Shown: piece by piece, positions 11,670 through 24,935 of the stretch
Numbering within the stretch: position 1 is the first letter of the stretch
Layout: each line of letters starts with the position of its first letter
Origin: Chrysomallon squamiferum
Taxonomy: Eukaryota > Animalia > Mollusca
Direction: 5' to 3'
NCBI GenBank assembly: GCA_012295275.1
Contig: CM022670.1
Span: 1,984,001-2,048,000 of the forward strand
Length of the DNA stretch: 64,000 nucleotides
Notes under the pieces: generated by a model
What the model was told of the DNA's origin: nothing
The model's database searches: none
The model's input: only the letters and a program-made list of their open reading frames with translations
Program-made: the position numbers and the translations under genes

Positions 11670-13325
11670 ATGTTTCGGCTTTTACCAGCTGAAAGTGAGT
11701 TATTTGAATACATGCCACATAAAACGTGCGGTCATCAGAACGGTTTGTTACCTTGGCCGCTGGGGATATTTATCACAAAACCCCAGAGCCACAGACACAA
11801 GCGATGTTCGAAATCTTGCCAGCGAAAATCAGCTGACGATCAAGTTTTTAAGATGTCTGTCCAACCCGAAAGAAAAATGGCTGCCAAACCGGTGTGGCAA
11901 ACAGTAATAGACTGTGCAGGACTGTCAACCAAAGATTTAGAAGTAAGTGCTGAAAAGGGTAAAATATTTATCCACTTTAAGCACAAAGAAAGCGAGTCGT
12001 TATTTCTAGAAGTGACAAGAACAGTCTCAGTTCCACGCCATGTCGACCTGTCAACCGTAACTTGCAGATTGACCCCGAACGGGTTTCTCCTTTTGGAAGG
12101 AAAACTGAAGAAACGGGAAAGCGAAATTTCGAAAAAGAGTTTGAAACCAAAGAGTGGAAAAGAAAGAAGAGGTGAGGAAAAGAGAGACTGTGAGCGATGT
12201 GTGAGCGACGAAACATTACAAACAAACGCAGAAAATGTTGACGACGTGTACACAGTCTGTGAGCGAGAAAACGAGGCGGGAGCTGTAACGACGTCGACAA
12301 CAGAAATCGCTAACAGTGAAACGACTGTAACGACGTCTACGGCTGAAATCGCTAGCAGTAAAACGGCTTCAGATAATGATCAGAATAATGAGCAGCCCGC
12401 AGCATCAGAAGAAAAAGAGAAAAACTCTAAAACGCCTTCCGAAGATGAAAAACTTACAGAAAATACTGACAGATGTCTAAAACAAGACGACTTATCTGTT
12501 CTAAATGGAACACAAAACGAACAGTCTGATCCAAATGAAAAAGAGAATGGCACACAAGAAGAACCATCTCACTCGAATGAAACAAAAGATGAACCATCTC
12601 ACTCGAATGAAACACAAGATGAACCATCTCACACGAATGAAACACAAGATGAACCATCTCACTCGAATGAAACAAAAGATGAACCATCTCACTCGAATGA
12701 AACACAAGATGAACCATCTCACTCGAATGAAACACAAGATGAACCATCTATTCCGAATGAAGAAGATACTCAACTGACTGATGAAAAACAGACTGAAAAA
12801 CTGGAAAATATTTTTGTCCAACAAACCGACATCGATACACCTTCAACGGGACAATTCAGTGAAACGTCATGTTCCAGCGTATTTACAGAAGATGAAGAAA
12901 ATGAAGAATTATCTTACGAAGAAGAATGTCTTAACGATCAGGATTTTGTCATCGTACAAGACGGATTAGAGGATCATCTCACTGACAAAACAAATGTGGA
13001 GGATTCTGATTTTCAGCACGATGAAAACTCTTCTTCAAAGTTAACTGAAAATAGGAAAACAGAACATGGGATTTTTGAATCTGGCAAAAATGGAATAAAG
13101 CTGTGTTTAGATCTTCACAAGTACAAACCAAACGAAATAAATGTAAAAGTTCAAGACAACCTCGTCAAAGTATCAGCAAAGCGAGAAATTAGGGGCCATA
13201 ATTATAACGGATCTGAGAGTTATGATCGACAGATTTATCTCCCCGAATCCGCAGATCCGACAACACTGTACAGCACATTGCAAACTGATGGCTGTTTGAT
13301 CGTTGGTGCCTCTTACAAAAAATAA
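11670..13325 (+). CDS. Intronless double alpha-crystallin-domain sHSP (sHSP-B) copy 2, 551 aa, with long acidic repeat linker
   Basis: ACD1 at ~aa 75-145 (..VIDCAGLSTKDLEVSAE..VTRTVSVPRHVDLSTVTCRLTPNGFLLLEG). ACD2 at ~aa 476-547 (..LDLHKYKPNEINVKV..YDRQIYLPESADPTTLYSTLQTDGCLIVGA). HSE/TATA upstream; open 1656-bp ORF. Confidence 0.88.
   Translation: MFRLLPAESELFEYMPHKTCGHQNGLLPWPLGIFITKPQSHRHKRCSKSCQRKSADDQVFKMSVQPERKMAAKPVWQTVIDCAGLSTKDLEVSAEKGKIFIHFKHKESESLFLEVTRTVSVPRHVDLSTVTCRLTPNGFLLLEGKLKKRESEISKKSLKPKSGKERRGEEKRDCERCVSDETLQTNAENVDDVYTVCERENEAGAVTTSTTEIANSETTVTTSTAEIASSKTASDNDQNNEQPAASEEKEKNSKTPSEDEKLTENTDRCLKQDDLSVLNGTQNEQSDPNEKENGTQEEPSHSNETKDEPSHSNETQDEPSHTNETQDEPSHSNETKDEPSHSNETQDEPSHSNETQDEPSIPNEEDTQLTDEKQTEKLENIFVQQTDIDTPSTGQFSETSCSSVFTEDEENEELSYEEECLNDQDFVIVQDGLEDHLTDKTNVEDSDFQHDENSSSKLTENRKTEHGIFESGKNGIKLCLDLHKYKPNEINVKVQDNLVKVSAKREIRGHNYNGSESYDRQIYLPESADPTTLYSTLQTDGCLIVGASYKK
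12561..12760 (+). repeat. Coding 30-bp minisatellite, ~7 units, copy 2
   Basis: Six EPSH(S/T)NET(Q/K)D units plus terminal EPSIPNE. Confidence 0.95.
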
Positions 13326-15302
13326 TAACGAAGAAGAAACAGACATTCCTTGTTCGAATTGCTGATGACTAAACTTATTTAATTTCTGTGTACATTTTAA
13401 TGTATTTTATTATATCAGTTGAATAATAATTTAAAAATTATTTGATATAAAGATTCATGTATTTATAATATACTACTAATATAAATTTCGAATACTATTA
13501 CAATTTGCTGAACAAATAATAAATTGATATACAAAAATGAACTGCCAGTTGTCTCTGTTTTTATTTATTTATTTATTATTTATTTATTTATTTATTGTGA
13601 TAGAAAATATTTACACTTCGACTAAAATATATTTTTATAACGACAGAACTTTGTCTAAAAACGTTAAAATCATTATCTGTGGGTTAAACATGGAAGTAAT
13701 TTAGTCTTGAATTTAGTGCGAGCTTTGATTTTTACGCACACATCCTCAGAGAAAGAAAGAGAGAAAGAGAGAATCAGTATGAAAGAGAGATAGAAAGACA
13801 GGCAGACAGTCAGACAGTCAGACAGAAATAAACAGACAGACAGAGACAGACAGACAGACACTGAGAAAAAGATTGTTTTCTATATAATTATAATGCGAAA
13901 TCTCCCCATAACTGTATTCAGTACAAGAGTACTAATACTAATACTTCTATTACTGAAAAAACAAATACTAGTTGGCCAAAAACCAAACTGTGTTTTTATA
14001 ATAAAAATCTGTAATTAAAATCTGTTATTAAGTTTTTTATAAAGTAATGAACAACAACAAAAAAGTATTATTTATTTACTTCTTTATTTACTTCTTTATT
14101 TATTTATTTATTTAATTATTATTATTTTTTTTTACTTTTTTTTGTTAACAGCATTCACTGCTCTGTATATCGATGTTCTTGTTTCGTCATTTCACAGAGT
14201 TAACATTATCACTAATGGGAACTGATATGGTGAAAGGTATCACGTCAGACATGTCTGAGAAAGTGCTTCATTAAAAGCAGAGAATGACAGAGGCAGACGA
14301 GTGCAGCAGTACAAGATAAATCGAAACGATTCTAAAAAAAACCCCACAAATAATGTCATGGTGAACTACTAAATATATTTTTTTATTTTATTCAGGATGA
14401 ACGGAAGAATACAACATTGTGTGTATCTGTGAGCATGTATGATTCTGACTGGCTGCATATGGGCGTGTTCGGTTTGTGTGGATGTGTGTAGATGTTTGTT
14501 GGTATGTGCGCATGTGAGTGTAAATAGATATAGGTGGGTGCAAAATATTGTATGTATGAACGGTATTGGTAAGCGTCCTCTTGTTTGTGAGAAGGTGGTT
14601 ACACGAATTGTTTGTTGTTAATTGATAACATTAGACAATGGCATCGCGGAAACATATTTTCTTTTTTATATTACTGTTAGACGCTTTAAAAAGCGCACGT
14701 AATAATGCTATATATATATATATAGGCACAATTAGCAATAAAATTTACAGAACTGTATTCAATAAAAGTGTATTTTTTCGTTCGTAATCACACAGAATGT
14801 GTGTATGTCCGACACAGGCTAATACAGGAAAGGTTAAATAAATCAGGACCTGAGCTGTATTATTTAAATATTTATTAACTGTAACTGGACCTGGAAATGA
14901 ATTCTTTCAGAAATGAGGCGAAGAATCTGTCTTTGAACTACCTTCGTCTCATAAAATTGTATTAAAAAAAAAACTCTTAGGAAATAAGGAAAGTGGGTAA
15001 TATATAACACGAATATCGTTTTACTGGGTTTTTAAGATGGCTTTGTGCTGAGCGTTCTGAAATCACTTTATCTGATTTCAAATTTTACTTGAAATCCTCC
15101 ACCAGTTCTGTATTTACAGATACAAGGTTTTACTTCGTAGGCGTATCGTTATATCACTGCAGTTGTGAGTCTGCACGTAACTCCCCCGATAAAAAGATAT
15201 TAAAACAAGTTATTGTCTTTTCACCAGTGTCGTAATCTCATAGACATAGAATTCCTTGGCGCTACTGTAATTGCTGTTAATATGTTGCAGTAGTAGTAGT
15301 AA

Positions 15303-15364
<62 letters not shown>

Positions 15365-16188
15365 ATAGCTGTAGTAGTAGTAATAGTAGTCTCATTATAT
15401 AATGAAATTTATTTTATCTGAAAATTGTTAACACAACAAGGATACACTTTTTCTGATATTCTGCATCCGCCTAGCTGATGCATCTTTGATCTTTTTAATT
15501 TTTTTTTTGGTTTCCTTTTTCCTCGGAAGGTCATTAACTCTGATGAGATCTGAATGATTAATTCAGGCAGAGTTACCGAGATTTAAGTTGATTAAACTAT
15601 TGTGCCGAGCAAATGCTTCTTCAAGCACTTTGTTTTAATTAGATCGTTTGATGTTAAACACTGGATAGATCACCATCTTTACTAGACTTTTAAAACCAAC
15701 ATAAACAAACCAATGAATTTTGTCTACGTTTGCTTTTCACTCTCAGATAAATGAGATTGCATGCTGTTATTGCTTTTACGTCTTTTACTCCTTAGATAAC
15801 TGCAGGTTACAGTAAATGCAGAATGGTCTTACGTCTGAAAACTTTCAGAATCCACCCTGATGCTTATCTCGAAGACAATATATCATTCCGCGCTGAAGTA
15901 CGCGTCACTTCTTTATTACAGACCACAATTATTATGATCGTTAGGTTTCTGAAAAAAGAGAAAACGTAAAAAGAAAAGCGGTCGTAAATGAATTCTTAAG
16001 TCAGTTGGTACTCTCTATCTCCCTTGTCTGTCTGTCAGTCTGCCTCCCTGTCTATGTCAGTCTGTCAGTCTGGCAGTCTCTCTCATTCTCCATGTCTGTC
16101 TGTTTCTCTGTCCCTCTCTTACTTTCTCTCTCTCGGTCACTAACTCTCTGTCTTTTTCTCTGTCTCTGTTTCTGTCTTTTTCTCTCTG

Positions 16189-16331
<143 letters not shown>

Positions 16332-16685
16332 CTCTTTCTCATTCTCTCTGTCATTCCCCCTTACTGACTCTCTGCCTTTCCCTTCTCAATCTCTGTTTCT
16401 TACTAACTTTCTTTCTGTGTAGATCTGTGTTTGTGTGTGGCTGTGTATTTTGTTATATTTAGTGTACACATGTGGGAGTATGTTTATAAACAGATGGAAG
16501 AAAAGATCTGAGATTATTTTGAACGCGCGGTAGTTAGATTTAAAGATGCACTTACATGCGTAGAAAGGAACGTAGAAATGCATATGTATTTTCATGTAAG
16601 AACACACACACAGTATGAGAAATGAAGAATTATTATCTTTCCTTTGTCGTCCATTAAATTATCTGTGTTTTTAAATTAATTAATT

Positions 16686-16722
<37 letters not shown>

Positions 16723-16770
16723 TTTTCAATGGATTTTTTTTATTTTTTTATGGGTTTTTGTAGGTTTAAA

Positions 16771-16809
<39 letters not shown>

Positions 16810-18284
16810 ATTATTATTATTATTGTTATTATTATTATTATTATTAATATATTTTTAAAATTAATAAATGTTACATTTTTATTTTTATAACTGGGCATGA
16901 AGCCATTACAGATATAAAAGTTTTTTTGGTTCATACTCCGAGTAATAATTACCAAGCACTTAGTTATTAATCAAGTTTAAGTAGCATGTAAATAAACACT
17001 GAGCGCTGAACCCGGTTAACAAATTAACAGTAAAGTAGAGTCAGTATTTCTTGAAATTAAATTTCTTTTAATCTGTAATTAAGAACTCATTACTGACAAA
17101 GAGTATTACATTCAAAGTAACTTATCTGATGTTGTTGTCGCCACCGTGTATTTGTTTTTCTGCTGCTGTTGTCGTGGCATGTCTTACTTTGTAATGACGA
17201 AGAACGTCTTGACTAGCAAACTTAATTATTATTTAGGTAATCAGCGCCATGAGCTTTCAGCGCTTTACTAATGAATGAAATGACTGCATTAAGATTAGCT
17301 AGGTATTATTTATGTGCATTATGTTTTTTATTTTTTTTTTTTTTTTTTTTTTTATTACTTTTAAAAGAAAACAAAAAAAAAAAAAAAAAAATTCCCATGC
17401 GCAGTAGTACACGTAATCTATTGCAGGAATTTTATGAATTTCGGCCGTCACCCAGTTATTCATCTGACTAATTTCTGAATCGGATAAATGTTGCTATGTT
17501 AAAATAATTCTAACGTTATTGAGAAATATATAAGCAATTTACAATGATTAGTCGACGGGTATTTTTTTATTCAAAATTTCAATATGGTTTTAACAGTGCA
17601 TGACGTATCCTTATGTAAACATTCTGAAAAGCTATATGACGTTGTAAAATGTGATAATTACCAAATTATTATTCACTTTAACATTGTTATAAAATAAAGA
17701 ATTAACTGAAATGTGAAGTTGAAAACTGTTACTAAGTACATTTTTTTTTTTTTTACCATCATAGTAATGAACCTTTTTGTAATGTATTATGTGTTGTGTT
17801 CACTTGGTAACTAATATAAAACTGGTGACGTCTTAAATTTATTTTTAAAAACGCTGAATTACATCAATTAATTATGTGAAAACTTAACACATTAATAACC
17901 ATTGTGTCAAACTCTGTATATAAACTCGATGTGTGTTTTGTTATTAATTATCATTAATGATATATATTTATCCAAACTACATATTTTCCGGTTATAAAAA
18001 CTGAATATTACATTCAGAAATGTGTTTTATTCTTGTACGATTCAAATATACTTAGAGCTGGATTACATAAAAGCTGAAGCATTATTTGTTTATTTGAATC
18101 CCAATCAAAGTGACAGTGCACAGTCACTATCACTTTCACAGTGAAAGGACGCGTTCACTATCACTTTCAGTCACAGTGACTGCTGACGCAATCATACTCA
18201 TTACACATACACACACAAAACATCATTTAGATGTACAAACAAGCTTAGATTTGGAAAAAAATGTTTTTGTTTTTGTTTTTTGTT

Positions 18285-18818
18285 TCAGTCTTTCTTTTCA
18301 GTCGTTTCTCTCTCTATTTTAATTGTTTTTCCTTCAGGTTCTGGTTCTCCTTTTACGTCTGCTTCAATCAGCAAAACGCCCTCTGGTGAGATTTTTGATG
18401 ACACCGTTTCCAGGTCAACATCCTGAAATAAACACAAATTACTTTACATAGAGAATGTTTTAATGAATATAATTTGTTTTATACAAGTTATAGAAATATA
18501 TGTTGTTGTATTTTATTTATTATTATTTTTATAATCCGGTAATGAATAAAAGAATATATTTAGCAAAAAAAAATGTGTACTTAAATTTAAAAATAACTTT
18601 TTCATTTAGTTAATTAAATAATCATAAACAACTTTAAAAATACATTGAAATTATTTATAAAAAAAAATAATTATAAAACATTTAAAAATATAAAACAAAA
18701 TTTAATAATTTTTTTTTAATTACAAAACATTTCTAAAAATAAATAAAATAAATCATAATAGTATTTTACTTTCCAATTTTTTAATTCAATACAAAATTAA
18801 TTTAAAAATAATAATAAT

Positions 18819-18863
<45 letters not shown>

Positions 18864-19098
18864 ATATAAAGAAATTTTAGAACTACAGGATCTGTTAAAT
18901 GACAAGACAAACAAAGCAGACCTCTGGTATGATGAATTCCCGCGTGAATTCGCGCGACACAAAACCATGTTCGTCTGGTTTTGACTCGTGTCTGCCGGTC
19001 ACACTCAGTCTGTTTCCTGTGACCTTCACAGTCAGATCCTCCGGTTCAAACTGACCAACGTCCAGTTTCACTTGAAACAATTTGTTGTCGTACTTCAC
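18285..19098 (-). pseudogene. 5'-truncated sHSP-A copy 3: exons 2 (18922-19098) and 3 (18285-18422) only
   Basis: Same deletion junction as unit 2 (TACTACT-GT-ATAAC, GT at 19626-19627). Confidence 0.85.
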
Positions 19099-19787
19099 CT
19101 GAAATAAATTTATAATGATTAGAATGTTCTAGTGATGATAATAATTATTATTCAATTTATTGTGTTCAAACACGTAAATTATTTATATCCTCAGTCTATC
19201 AGGAATTTTGCAAATTTCAAATTGTTTCAAAATAAAATTTTATTACGACAAAATGAAGTTAAATGACGAACTTTTTTACAAGCTGATTTTATATAAGTGT
19301 GTGCATGTGTGTATATATATATATAATTTTTATACTTTATTATTTGCAAACGTTGTGGTCCATTAATAAATTACAACTTAGAAAAAAAATCTAAATATTT
19401 TAAAACCATTTTAAAACTTGCTACCTTCATCTAAAGTATACTTTAGAAATTGTGACCTTTTAGAATTTTAATTTCAAAACATAAAAAAACCCCAAAATAA
19501 CATGTTTTTACACATTTTCCAATAATACTGAATTGTATTTATCTGATGTAGTGTAATACAAAAAACAAAAAAAACAAAAATACATAAAAAATACAAAATT
19601 TAATAAAAACATTGGGTATACTACTGTATAACGTAAATTTTATTATCAACATAATTAATGGAAAAGCATATGAAATAAAACATTTTAGGTACATTACAGG
19701 TAAAACTGGTTCTTAAAACCACGCCCACTTGTTATTTTTTAACTAATACGTTTTAAAACGTGATGACGCACATGGCAAAAATAATAT

Positions 19788-19838
19788 TTTCTAGAAGTTT
19801 CTAGTAAATTCTGACAGTAATCCGCAATGAGTATATAA
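19788..19838 (+). promoter_or_regulatory. HSE plus TATA box of sHSP-B copy 3
   Basis: TTCtaGAAgtTTCtaGTAaaTTC and TATATAA 19832-19838. Confidence 0.85.
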
Positions 19839-19928
19839 AGAGAGCCGAGCGAGTTGACATTTCATTTCATAAACACACGGGTATAACACTGAAGTTAAAC
19901 TGTAGAAGACGTAGGTTTAACACTAAAA

Positions 19929-21488
19929 ATGTTTCGGTTTTTACCAGCTGAAAGTGAGTTATTTGAATACATGCCACACAAAACGTGCGGTCATCAGAAC
20001 GGTTTGTTACCTTGGCCGCTGGGGATATTTATCACAAAACCCCAGAGCCACAGACACAAGCGATGTTCGAAATCTTGCCAGCGAAAAGGCGCTGACAATC
20101 AAGTTTTTAAGATGTCTGTCCAACCAGAAAGAAAAATGGCTGCCAAACCGGTGTGGCAAACAGTAATAGACTGTGCAGGACTGTCAACCAAAGATTTAGA
20201 AGTAAGTGCTGAAAAGGGTAAAATATTTATCCACTTTAAGCACATAGAAAGCGAGTCGTTATTTCTAGAAGTGACAAGAACAGTCTCAGTTCCACGCCAT
20301 GTCGACCTGTCAACCGTAACTTGCAGATTGACCCCGAACGGGTTTCTCCTTTTGGAAGGAAAACTGAAGAAACGTGAAAGCGAAATTTCGAAAAAGAGTT
20401 TGAAACCAAAGAGTGGAAAAAAAAGAAGAGTTGAGGAAAAGAGAGACTGTGAGCGATGTGTGAGCGACGAAACATTACAAACAAACGCAGAAAATGTTGA
20501 CGACGTGTACACAGTCTGTGGGCGAGAAAATGAGGCGGGAGCTGTAACGACGTCGACAACAGAAATCGCTAACAGTGAAACGGCTGTAACGACGTCGACG
20601 GCAGAAATCGCTAACAGTGAAACGGCTTCAGATAATGATCAGAATAATGAGCAGCCCGCAGCATCAGAAGAAAATGAGAAAAATTCTCAGATGCCTTCCG
20701 AAGATGAAAAATTTACAGAAAATACTGACAGATGTCTAAAACAAGACGACTTATCCGTTCTAAATGGAACACAAAACGAACAGTCTGGTCCAAATGAAAA
20801 AGAGAATGACACACAAGATGAACCATCTCACTCGAATGAAACACAAGATGAACCATCTCACTCGAATGAAACACAAGATGAACCATCTGATCAAAATGAA
20901 CCATCTATTCCGAATGAAGAAGATACTGAACTGACTGATGAAGATACAACACTGATTGAAAAACTCGAAAATGTTTTCGTCCAACAAACCGATATCGAAA
21001 CACCTTCACCGGGACAATTCAGTGAAACGTCATGTTCCAGCGTATTTACAGAAGATGAAGAAAATGAAGAATTATCTTCCGAAGAAAAATATCTTCACGA
21101 TCATGATTTTGTCATCGTACAAGACGGATTAGGGGATCATCTCACTGACAAAACAAATGTGGAGGATTCTGATTTTAAGCACGATGAAAACTCATCTTCA
21201 AAGTTAACTGAAAATAGGAAAACAGAACATGGGATTTTTGAATCTGGCAATGATGGAATAAAGCTGTGTTTAGATCTTCACAAGTACAAACCAAACGAAA
21301 TAAATGTAAAAGTTCAAGACAACCTCGTCAAAGTATCAGCAAAGCGAGAAATTAGGGGCGATAATTATAACGGATCTGAGAGTTATGATCGACAGATTTA
21401 TCTCCCCGAATCCGCAGATCCGACCACACTGTACAGCACGTTGCAAATTGATGGCTGTTTGATCATTGGTGCGTCTTACAAAAAATAA
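19929..21488 (+). CDS. Intronless double-ACD sHSP (sHSP-B) copy 3, 519 aa
   Basis: Intact ORF with both ACDs. Shorter minisatellite (~20820-20915) and more linker substitutions than copies 1 and 2. Confidence 0.88.
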   Translation: MFRFLPAESELFEYMPHKTCGHQNGLLPWPLGIFITKPQSHRHKRCSKSCQRKGADNQVFKMSVQPERKMAAKPVWQTVIDCAGLSTKDLEVSAEKGKIFIHFKHIESESLFLEVTRTVSVPRHVDLSTVTCRLTPNGFLLLEGKLKKRESEISKKSLKPKSGKKRRVEEKRDCERCVSDETLQTNAENVDDVYTVCGRENEAGAVTTSTTEIANSETAVTTSTAEIANSETASDNDQNNEQPAASEENEKNSQMPSEDEKFTENTDRCLKQDDLSVLNGTQNEQSGPNEKENDTQDEPSHSNETQDEPSHSNETQDEPSDQNEPSIPNEEDTELTDEDTTLIEKLENVFVQQTDIETPSPGQFSETSCSSVFTEDEENEELSSEEKYLHDHDFVIVQDGLGDHLTDKTNVEDSDFKHDENSSSKLTENRKTEHGIFESGNDGIKLCLDLHKYKPNEINVKVQDNLVKVSAKREIRGDNYNGSESYDRQIYLPESADPTTLYSTLQIDGCLIIGASYKK

Positions 21489-24307
21489 TAACGAAGAAGA
21501 AACAGACATTCCTTGTTCGAATTGCAGATGACTAAACTTATTTAATTTCTGTGTACATTTTAATGTATTTTATTATATCAGTTGAATAATAATTTAAAAA
21601 TTATTTGATATAAAGATTCATGTATTTATAATATACTACTAATATAAATTTCGAATACTATTACAATTTGCTGAACAAATAATAAATTGATATACAAAAA
21701 TGAACTGCCAGTTGTCTCTGTTTTTATTTATTTATTTATTATTTATTTATTTATTTATTGTGATAGAAAATATTTACACTTCGACTAAAATATATTTTTA
21801 TAACGACAGAACTTTGTCTAAAAACGTTAAAATCATTATCTGTGGGTTAAACATGGAAGTAATTTAGTCTTGAATTTAGTGCGAGCTTTGATTTTTACGC
21901 ACACATCCTCAGAGAAAGAAAGAGAGAAAGAGAGAATCAGTATGAAAGAGAGATAGAAAGACAGGCAGACAGTCAGACAGTCAGACAGAAATAAACAGAC
22001 AGACAGAGACAGACAGACAGACACTGAGAAAAAGATTGTTTTCTATATAATTATAATGCGAAATCTCCCCATAACTGTATTCAGTACAAGAGTACTAATA
22101 CTAATACTTCTATTACTGAAAAAACAAATACTAGTTGGCCAAAAACCAAACTGTGTTTTTATAATAAAAATCTGTAATTAAAATCTGTTATTAAGTTTTT
22201 TATAAAGTAATGAACAACAACAAAAAAGTATTATTTATTTACTTCTTTATTTACTTCTTTATTTATTTATTTATTTAATTATTATTATTTTTTTTTACTT
22301 TTTTTTGTTAACAGCATTCACTGCTCTGTATATCGATGTTCTTGTTTCGTCATTTCACAGAGTTAACATTATCGCTAATGGGAACTGATATGGTGAAAGG
22401 TATCACGTCAGACATGTCTGAGAAAGTGCTTCATTAAAAGCAGAGAATGACAGAGGCAGACGAGTGCAGCAGTACAAGATAAATCGAAACGATTCTAAAA
22501 AAAACCCACAAATAATGTCATGGTGAACTACTAAATATATTTTTTATTTTATTCAGGATGAACGGAAGAATACGACATTGTGTGTATCTGTGGGCATGTA
22601 TGATTCTGACTGGCTGCATATGGGCGTGTTCGGTTTGTGTGAATGTGTGTAGATGTTTGTTGGTATGTGCGCATGTGAGTGTAAATAGATATAGGTGGGT
22701 GCAAAATATTGTATGTATGAACGGTATTGGTAAGCGTCCTCTTGTTTATGAGAAGGTGGTTACACGAACTGTTTGTTGTTAATTGATAACATTAGACAAT
22801 GGCATCGCGGAAACATATTTTCTTTTTTATATTACTGTTAGACGCTTTAAAAAGCGCACGTAATAATGATATATATATATATATATATAGGAACAGTTAG
22901 CAATAAAATTTACAGAACTGTAAACAATAAAAGTTTATTTGTTCGTTCGTAATAACACAGAATGTGTGTATGTCCGACACAGGCTAATACAGGGAAGGTT
23001 AAATAAATCAAGACCTGAGCTGTATTATTTAAATATTTATTAACTGTAGCTGGACCTGGAAATGAATTCTTTCAGAAATGAGGCGAAGAATCTGTCTTTG
23101 AACTACCTTCGTCTCATAAAACTGTATTAAAAAAAAACTCTTAGGAAATAAGGAAAGTGGGTAATATATAACACGAAAATCGTTTTACTGGTTTTTTAAG
23201 ATGGCTTTGTGCTGAGCGTTCTGAAATCACTTTATCTGATTTCAAATTTTACTTGAAATCCTCCACCAGTTCTGTATTTACAGATACAAGGTTTTACTTC
23301 GTAGGCGTATCGTTATATCACTGCAGTTGTGAGTCTGCACGTAACTCCCCCGATAAAAAGATATTAAAACAAGTAATTCTCTTTTCACCAGTGTCGTAAT
23401 CTCATAGCCATAGAATTCCTTGGCGCTACTGTAATTGCTGTTAATAATAATAATAATAGTAGTAGTAGTAGTAGTAGTAAGTAGTAGTCTCATTATATAA
23501 TGAAATTTATTTTATCTGAAAATTGTTAACACAACAAGGATACACTTTTTCTGATATTCTGCATCCGCCTAGCTGATGCATCTTTGAGCTTTTTAATTTT
23601 TTTTTTGGTTTCCTTTTTCCTCGAAAGGTCATTAACTCTGATGAGATCTGAATGATTAATTCAGGCAGAGTTACCGAGATTTAAGTTGATTAAACTATTG
23701 TGCAGCAAATGCTTCTTCAAGCACTTTGTTTTAATTAGATCGTTTGATGTTAAACACTGGATAGATCACCATCTTTACTAGACTTTTAAAACCAACATAA
23801 ACAAACCAATGAATTTTGTCTACGTTTGCTTTTCACTCTCAGATAAATGAGATTGCATGCTGTTATTGCTTTTACGTCTTTTACTCCTTAGATAACTGCA
23901 GGTTACAGTAAATGCAGAATGGTCTTACGTCTGAAAACTTCCAGAATCCACCCTGATGCTTATCTCGAAGACAATATATCATTCCGCGCTGAAGTACGCG
24001 TCACTTCTTTATTACAGACCACAATTATTATGATCGTTAGGTTTCTGAAAAAAGAGAAAACGTAAAGAAAAGGGGTCGTAAATGAATTCTTAAGTCAGTT
24101 GGTACTCTCTATCTCCCTCTCTGTCTGTCAATCTGCCTCCCTGTCTATGTCAGTCTGTCAGTCTGGCAGTCTCTCTCATTCTCCATGTCTGTCTGTTTCT
24201 CAGTCCCTCTCTTACTTTCTCTCACTCGGTCACTAACTCTCTGTCTTTTTCTCTCTGATTCTCTCTGTTTCTCTTCGTGTGTCTTTCTCTTTGTCCTTGT
24301 CTCTTGC

Positions 24308-24413
<106 letters not shown>

Positions 24414-24766
24414 ATTCTCTTTCTCATTCTCTCTGTCATTCCCCCTTACTGACTCTCTGCCTCTCTCTTCTCAATCTCTGTTTCTTACTAACTTTCTTTC
24501 TGTGTAGATCTGTGTTTGTGTGTGGCTGTGTATTTTGTTATATTTAGTGTACACATGTGGGAGTATGTTTATAAACAGATGGAAGAAAAGATCTGAGATT
24601 ATTTTGAACGCGCGGTAGTTAGATTTAAAGATGCACTTACATGCGTAGAAAGGAACGTAGAAATGCATATGTATTTTCATGTAAGAACACACACACAGTA
24701 AGAGAAATGAAGAATTATTATCTTTCCTTTGTCGTCCATTAAATTATCTGTGTTTTTAAATTAATT

Positions 24767-24803
<37 letters not shown>

Positions 24804-24851
24804 TTTTCAATGGATTTTTTTTATTTTTTTATGGGTTTTTGTAGGTTTAAA

Positions 24852-24935
<84 letters not shown>

